64,000 nucleotides of DNA. Source: Paraspadella gotoi. Taxonomy: Eukaryota > Animalia > Chaetognatha. Both the position numbers and the translations under genes were made by a program. Below the pieces are notes generated by a model. The model made no database searches and was not told the DNA's origin. It saw nothing but the letters and a program-made list of their open reading frames with translations. Positions 57,671 to 64,000 of the stretch are shown here, in pieces (the stretch's first letter is position 1; each line of letters opens with the position of its first letter). The stretch is taken from the NCBI GenBank assembly GCA_051294375.1, contig CM119270.1, positions 21,881,897 to 21,945,896 of the forward strand. The letters are read 5' to 3'.

Positions 57671-58709
57671 AATTCCCATATTTGTTTTACCAATTTCATA
57701 GAATTCAGCAAATCTAGTTTTTATCGCCATCTTGCTCGTCGGTGTCTTCGTTATCGTCGTCTTCATCGTCGTCATCGTCGTCGTCTTCATCGTCGTCATC
57801 TTCGTCGTCGTCGTNNNNNNNNNNNNNNNNNNNNNNNNNNNNNNNNNNNNNNNNNNNNNNNNNNNNNNNNNNNNNNNNNNNNNNNNNNNNNNNNNNNNNN
57901 NNNNNNNNNNNNNNNNNNNNNNNNNNNNNNNNNNNNNNNNNNNNNNNNNNNNNNNNNNNNNNNNNNNNNNNNNNNNNNNNNNNNNNNNNNNNNNNNNNNN
58001 NNNNNNNNNNNNNNNNNNNNNNNNNNNNNNNNNNNNNNNNNNNNNNNNNNNNNNNNNNNNNNNNNNNNNNNNNNNNNNNCGTCGTCGTCGTCGTCGTCGT
58101 CGTCGTCCAAAATGTTTTCGTCAAGAAGCTCAACTCAAACGGTTTTGGCGTCGATGAATCCAACTTCTTCTTTTTTTTCTTTTNNNNNNNNNNNNNNNNN
58201 NNNNNNNNNNNNNNNNNNNNNNNNNNNNNNNNNNNNNNNNNNNNNNNNNNNNNNNNNNNNNNNNNNNNNNNNNNNNNNNNNNNNNNNNNNNNNNNNNNNN
58301 NNNNNNNNNNNNNNNNNNNNNNNNNNNNNNNNNNNNNNNNNNNNNNNNNNNNNNNNNNNNNNNNNNNNNNNNNNNNNNNNNNNNNNNNNNNNNNNNNNTA
58401 CCTTCGCTTGCATCTATCATCTTCAACTCTGGCGAGAGACTTTTAATGTCACTTCTCTCTCTCATTGTCACTCCTCTCTCTCATTGTCACTCTTCTCTGT
58501 CATTATCACTCCTCTCTTTCATTGTTACTTCTCACTGCCATAATCTCCCCTCTCAGTATTTTGTCACTCATCACTATCATTCGTCTCTGTTGTTATCACT
58601 TCTCTCCCTTATTGTAACTCTTCTCTGTCACTCCTCCCCTTTTGATCAACCATTTTTTCTTTGTCCCATTCACTCTAATACAGAAGAGGTTAACCAGTTT
58701 TTTATTCCG

Positions 58710-58746
<37 letters not shown>

Positions 58747-58994
58747 NNNNNNNNNNNNNNNNNNNNNNNNNNNNNNNNNNNNNNNNNNNNNNNNNNNNNN
58801 NNNNNNNNNNNNNNNNNNNNNNNNNNNNNNNNNNNNNNNNNNNNNNNNNNNNNNNNNNNNNNNNNNNNNNNNNNNNNNNNNNNNNNNNNNNNNNNNNNNN
58901 NNNNNNNNNNNNNNNNNNNNNNNNNNNNNNNNNNNNNNNNNNNNNNNNNNNNNNNNNNNNNNNNNNNNNNNNNNNNNNNNNNNNNNNNNNNNNN

Positions 58995-59030
<36 letters not shown>

Positions 59031-59187
59031 CCGACTTTAGATCATTGCCCATTTACTTTTTTATATTCATTGATCCAATATCCCAATTCGCTTTCCTCTC
59101 TTTTGATTTTTCTCACTTAACTTTTTATCCTATTCTTTCTAATACTACTTTTAAGCTTAGAAGCTTAGAAGCTGAGAAAGCTCAGTC

Positions 59188-59470
59188 CTTACTTTTGTGA
59201 TTCTAGAAGCAGTGATTGGGCTTCTCACTTTTGTGATAGAAGCAGTGACTGGTATATCCCAACCATTGTGATAGAAGCAGTTACAGGTCTATTCTCACCT
59301 TTGTGATAGAAGCAGTGACATGTCTATCTTCACCTTTGTGACATAAGCAGTGAGAGGTCTATTCTCACCTTTGTGATAGAAGCAGTGACAGGTCTATCGC
59401 CACCTTTCTGATAGAAGCAGTGAGAGGACTATTCTCACCTTTGTGATAGAAGCAGTGATTGGGCTTCTCC
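59188..59470 (-). repeat. 35-bp minisatellite made of the lectin exon 3' end plus splice donor
   Basis: About 8 copies of TCACTGCTTCTATCACAAAG|GTGAGAATAG at a 35-bp period (CACCT-type cores at 59436, 59401, 59366, 59331, 59296, 59261, 59226). Confidence 0.9.
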
Positions 59471-59585
59471 TCACTCCATCCATAGAAGGCGTTGGTGATG
59501 ACTATCACGTGTTTTGATTCACAAGACAAGAAAATCTTTTTGGGTTGAAGAACGGATCCGCAAGCATAGGCCATGCGGGTTGGCT
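59439..59585 (-). CDS. SUEL-type lectin-domain protein exon (N-half of domain 2)
   Basis: CCTTCAG|AG...AAA G|GTGAGA, phase 1/1; EPTRMAYACGSVLQPKKIFLSCESKHVIVITNAFYGWSEEKPNHCFYHK has the AC..L.C....I.I..A.YG SUEL pattern. Confidence 0.88.
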
Positions 59586-59635
59586 CTGAAGGGAAGAACG
59601 GGTCGAAGGAATGAATGAATGTTGAAAGGAAGGAA

Positions 59636-59636
59636 T

Positions 59637-59712
<76 letters not shown>
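59636..59712. repeat. (GATA)n microsatellite
   Basis: Directly visible. Confidence 0.95.
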
Positions 59713-59713
<1 letters not shown>

Positions 59714-59746
59714 AAAAATATAAATATATAATAGTGTAAAGGGAAG

Positions 59747-59802
<56 letters not shown>

Positions 59803-60090
59803 AACATTAAATGTAGCGAAATCAGTCGACAACTATCTCTACTGGGGCAACTAACTTTTCTCTCTGTATTTTTACTTATGTCTCGATATTATGACTTCAC
59901 AATCGTAACTAAGCGCTGAAACTTCTAATGTCCTGGCGTCTAAAGCCTCCGCCCTTTTTCCCTCTTACGCCCCCAAAAATAGAATAGACGCTCACAACGC
60001 CTCCTCTTGGAGAAGAGACGCCGCCAGAGGCGCGCTACTCGTCGCCGCTGCGATAGAGGGCGCTGACTCTCGCTGAAGGTCAAGGCCGAT

Positions 60091-60104
60091 GTTGCTATGG
60101 TGAC
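60091..60104. promoter_or_regulatory. RFX X-box-like motif GTTGCTATGGTGAC
   Basis: The reverse complement GTCACC-AT-AGCAAC fits the X-box consensus GTNRCC(N0-3)RGYAAC; it sits in a GC-rich island. Confidence 0.4.
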
Positions 60105-62277
60105 GAGGTTGACGACGACGACGATGAAGACGACGACGAAACTGAAGACGACAATGACGACGACGTCAAGGGCTAAGATGATGACGACGACAATGAAGAC
60201 GACGACGACGACNNNNNNNNNNNNNNNNNNNNNNNNNNNNNNNNNNNNNNNNNNNNNNNNNNNNNNNNNNNNNNNNNNNNNNNNNNNNNNNNNNNNNNNN
60301 NNNNNNNNNNNNNNNNNNNNNNNNNNNNNNNNNNNNNNNNNNNNNNNNNNNNNNNNNNNNNNNNNNNNNNNNNNNNNNNNNNNNNNNNNNNNNNNNNNNN
60401 NNNNNNNNNNNNNNNNNNNNNNNNNNNNNNNNNNNNNNNNNNNNNNNNNNNNNNNNNNNNNNNNNNNNNNNNNNNNNNNNNNNNNNNNNNNNNNNNNNNN
60501 NNNNNNNNNNNNNNNNNNNNNNNNNNNNNNNNNNNNNNNNNNNNNNNNNNNNNNNNNNNNNNNNNNNNNNNNNNNNNNNNNNNNNNNNNNNNNNNNNNNN
60601 NNNNNNNNNNNNNNNNNNNNNNNNNNNNNNNNNNNNNNNNNNNNNNNNNNNNNNNNNNNNNNNNNNNNNNNNNNNNNNNNNNNNNNNNNNNNNNNNNNNN
60701 NNNNNNNNNNNNNNNNNNNNNNNNNNNNNNNNNNNNNNNNNNNNNNNNNNNNNNNNNNNNNNNNNNNNNNNNNNNNNNNNNNNNNNNNNNNNNNNNNNNN
60801 NNNNNNNNNNNNNNNNNNNNNNNNNNNNNNNNNNNNNNNNNNNNNNNNNNNNNNNNNNNNNNNNNNNNNNNNNNNNNNNNNNNNNNNNNNNNNNNNNNNN
60901 NNNNNNNNNNNNNNNNNNNNNNNNNNNNNNNNNNNNNNNNNNNNNNNNNNNNNNNNNNNNNNNNNNNNNNNNNNNNNNNNNNNNNNNNNNNNNNNNNNNN
61001 NNNNNNNNNNNNNNNNNNNNNNNNNNNNNNNNNNNNNNNNNNNNNNNNNNNNNNNNNNNNNNNNNNNNNNNNNNNNNNNNNNNNNNNNNNNNNNNNNNNN
61101 NNNNNNNNNNNNNNNNNNNNNNNCCTCTTTCCTTTTCTTTCTTTCCTTTTCTTTTCTTTTCTTTTCTTTCCTTTTCTTCCTTTTTTTCATTTTCTTTTCT
61201 TTTTTTCTTTTATCTCTTTTTTTATGTTTCCTTTTTTCCGAAAAAATCTTTCCTTTCACTCACCTTTCATTTTTTTTATTTACAACATTTTCTTCACTTT
61301 TATTTCAAAGTTTAACATGATCTTTAAAAATTTCTTTCTAACCCGCTGATCTTTTGTTGATTTTTCTTCCAATTCTATTGTTTAGTAAAAGCGACATCTT
61401 TGGTCAGAGTCCGATACAACTATCTCTAGTCTTGAGTCAGTATTGGTTTGACTTATAAAAATTAGTTGATCGCGATAACCTATAAATCGTAAAAGTTTTC
61501 TCTCTCTGCATAAAATACTTTCGTAACATCTGTTAGGTTTTATTGTTTTTATTAAATTTAAATTATTTAATCTAATTTTTCTTTAGATTTTTATTCTTTG
61601 TCTCTTATAGATTTTAAGTCCAGCTAATATTTTATCTTTTTAAATTTGATCTAGTTTTATGACGCTTAGTAAATTTGGCTTATTGATCACACCTCATGAC
61701 ATTTTTTTAAAATTCTTTATCACAACTATCACTGGCCTATCAGTACTCTGTCCTATCACTTCTCTCACTGAAGGTACTTCCCTCTTAGTTTTCTTTCATT
61801 TTGTGCACCTGATTCCCTTTTCCCATTCTTCATCTGCGAAGACTTATTTCTCTCTCTCTCTCTCTCTCTNNNNNNNNNNNNNNNNNNNNNNNNNNNNNNN
61901 NNNNNNNNNNNNNNNNNNNNNNNNNNNNNNNNNNNNNNNNNNNNNNNNNNNNNNNNNNNNNNNNNNNNNNNNNNNNNNNNNNNNNNNNNNNNNNNNNNNN
62001 NNNNNNNNNNNNNNNNNNNNNNNNNNNNNCTTTCTTTCTTTCCACAGAAAATAATTTCCTTAAAACGTGAAGAATCTTTGTTTTCGGTTTTTAAATGTTT
62101 TTCCCTCTCTCTCTCTCTATCTCTCTCTCTCTCTCGTCTCATGTTTGTTTTCATTTCTTATCTTCGCAAAACACGTTTATTCGTTTTGTTTCTTTCTTAT
62201 GTTTTTTTTTTATCCATGAGAAAATTTCACATATTGTATTTGAAATTTTCATGAAAGAAGAATCGTAATAGAAGAGA

Positions 62278-62500
62278 GGAGATGGGATAGAAAGGATAGA
62301 AAAAGGATAGAATAAAGAAGAGAAGAGACGGGATAGAAAGGATAGAAAAAGGATAGAATAAAGAAGAGAAGATATGGGATAGAAAGGATAGAAAAACGAT
62401 AGAATAAAGAACAGAATAGATGGGATAGAAGGGATAGAAAAGAATAGAATAAAAAAGAGAAAAGATGGGATAGAAAGAATAAAAAAAGGAGAGAATAGAG
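62278..62500. repeat. ~46-bp purine-rich minisatellite (GGGATAGAAAGGATAGAAAAAGGATAGAATAAAGAAGAGAAGA)
   Basis: About 5 copies. Confidence 0.85.
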
Positions 62501-62737
62501 AACAAACAGACCGACCAAAAATATGATTTTGAGTTAGTCTTAAATAGAGTAAAAGAGGATTTTAAATTAATAAAGAAAAAAAAATGAATGAATAGAAAGA
62601 TAAATTATATACAAACATATTAAACATAATATAGATATATAACTAGAAGAAGAAAAACATACTTAAAATAGTTAATAAAAATCACACATATATATATATA
62701 TAAATACAATGAGATATATATTACAAATGTAGTTTAC

Positions 62738-62909
62738 CTTTAACGCAGACGTATTCCACTTGGAGATAAGCTCGCCACCAGAGGCCACATTTGTCTGCAA
62801 CTCGTTCAACCGGCGCCACTTTGACGCCACAACGAGTCAGACCATTGCATTGCGTCGGCACCGTGGCGTTTATGGTGCAATCGCCCATCAAGAACATGCA
62901 GCCGTGCTG
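62738..62909 (-). CDS. SUEL-type lectin-domain protein exon (C-half of domain 1)
   Basis: HGCMFLMGDCTINATVPTQCNGLTRCGVKVAPVERVADKCGLWWRAYLQVEYVCVK G|GTAAAC; paralogous to the 57185-57334 exon; phase 1 joins 59585; the 5' end abuts an N gap. Missed by the ORF track. Confidence 0.85.
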
Positions 62910-63758
62910 NNNNNNNNNNNNNNNNNNNNNNNNNNNNNNNNNNNNNNNNNNNNNNNNNNNNNNNNNNNNNNNNNNNNNNNNNNNNNNNNNNNNNNNNNNN
63001 NNNNNNNNNNNNNNNNNNNNNNNNNNNNNNNNNNNNNNNNNNNNNNNNNNNNNAGAGAGAGAGAGAGAGAGAGACAGAGAGAGTATTTTGTTTTTATTTT
63101 TCTTTGTTCGGTTTTTTTACTCTGACTCAAAAAGTTAGAACAAAAAGTTGACCTCGGATTCGTCAACTGGACTGTCATTACCTACATGTCATTACTGACA
63201 TGTCATTACTGACATGCAAGCCATGAACGAAAATATTATCTCTTTAAGTTTACAGTCGGCAGCTTCACTTAAGTATAAGGTCAGCAAATATGAATGTCAA
63301 TTATCTATAATAATATTTTTTAAAAAAATCGGTATTTTTTTTAAAGATAAAGACATTTTAATAACGTTGTCATCAAATTTATCATCAAAATGTCACTAAA
63401 CTTGTCATCATTCGATTGACATCAAAAGATGAATAAGTTTCTTCTTCTTTCTCCTCAACGATTCTTTGACTTCCTCCTCCTCCTCCTCCTCCTCCTCCTC
63501 ATTCTTTCAGTTTCGCTTTGGTTTATTTGTTGGCGTCAAAAATCGAAAATTGGAGGCGAAACATCATAAAAAAAAGAAAAAAAATGAAAAAAATGAAAAA
63601 AATGAAAGAAAAGAAAAAAATAGGAAAAAATGAGAAAAAAGACAAAAATTGGGAAAAAGGAAAGAGAGGGAAGGAAAAATAAAAAAAAAGATAAAATGAA
63701 AGAAATGGGAGTAAATAAAAAAGGAAGAGAACAAAGCTGCACCTAAGTTGAAATAGAG

Positions 63759-63799
<41 letters not shown>

Positions 63800-64000
63800 G
63801 TCAGCCCCCGTTTCGGTCCAGCAAACTCACTTTCTTATTCTATTAAACATTAACAACATTTGGTGACGCGCCAGGCCGAGGAGAAGGAAGAGGAATTCAG
63901 CCGGAAATTTATGTCAGTACCGAATATATCACAGACGACCGACCATCACATATATCATAGAATATGACTTTTATCGTCTTGGACTATGAAACACACACAA

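Overview
AT-rich, microsatellite-dense eukaryotic (invertebrate-animal-like) scaffold with many N gaps. Almost all ORFs in the supplied track are low-complexity or gap artefacts; the real genes are spliced and were reconstructed by hand. (1) An 8-exon minus-strand CRT-like (chloroquine-resistance-transporter-like, DMT superfamily) transporter gene from 55329 to about 25887, with two apparent frame breaks in exons 2 and 3. (2) Three minus-strand exons of a tandem SUEL/galactose-rhamnose-binding lectin-domain gene (62.9-57.2 kb). (3) A compact two-exon plus-strand gene (18173-20622, about 796 aa) with an XK-related N-terminal membrane domain and a long unexplained multi-TM extension. Dispersed repeats include a tRNA-derived SINE (4 copies), DINE-1/HINE-like elements, and TIR-bounded elements carrying degenerate TTAGGG arrays. 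Two minisatellites are built from real exon/intron junctions. About 27.26-40.01 kb and the 44.3-50.0 kb palindrome look like long-read gap-fill artefacts, and removing the former makes the CRT-like gene collinear. All family calls rest on recalled motifs, not database searches. No prokaryote-type system (CRISPR, operon, prophage) is supported.
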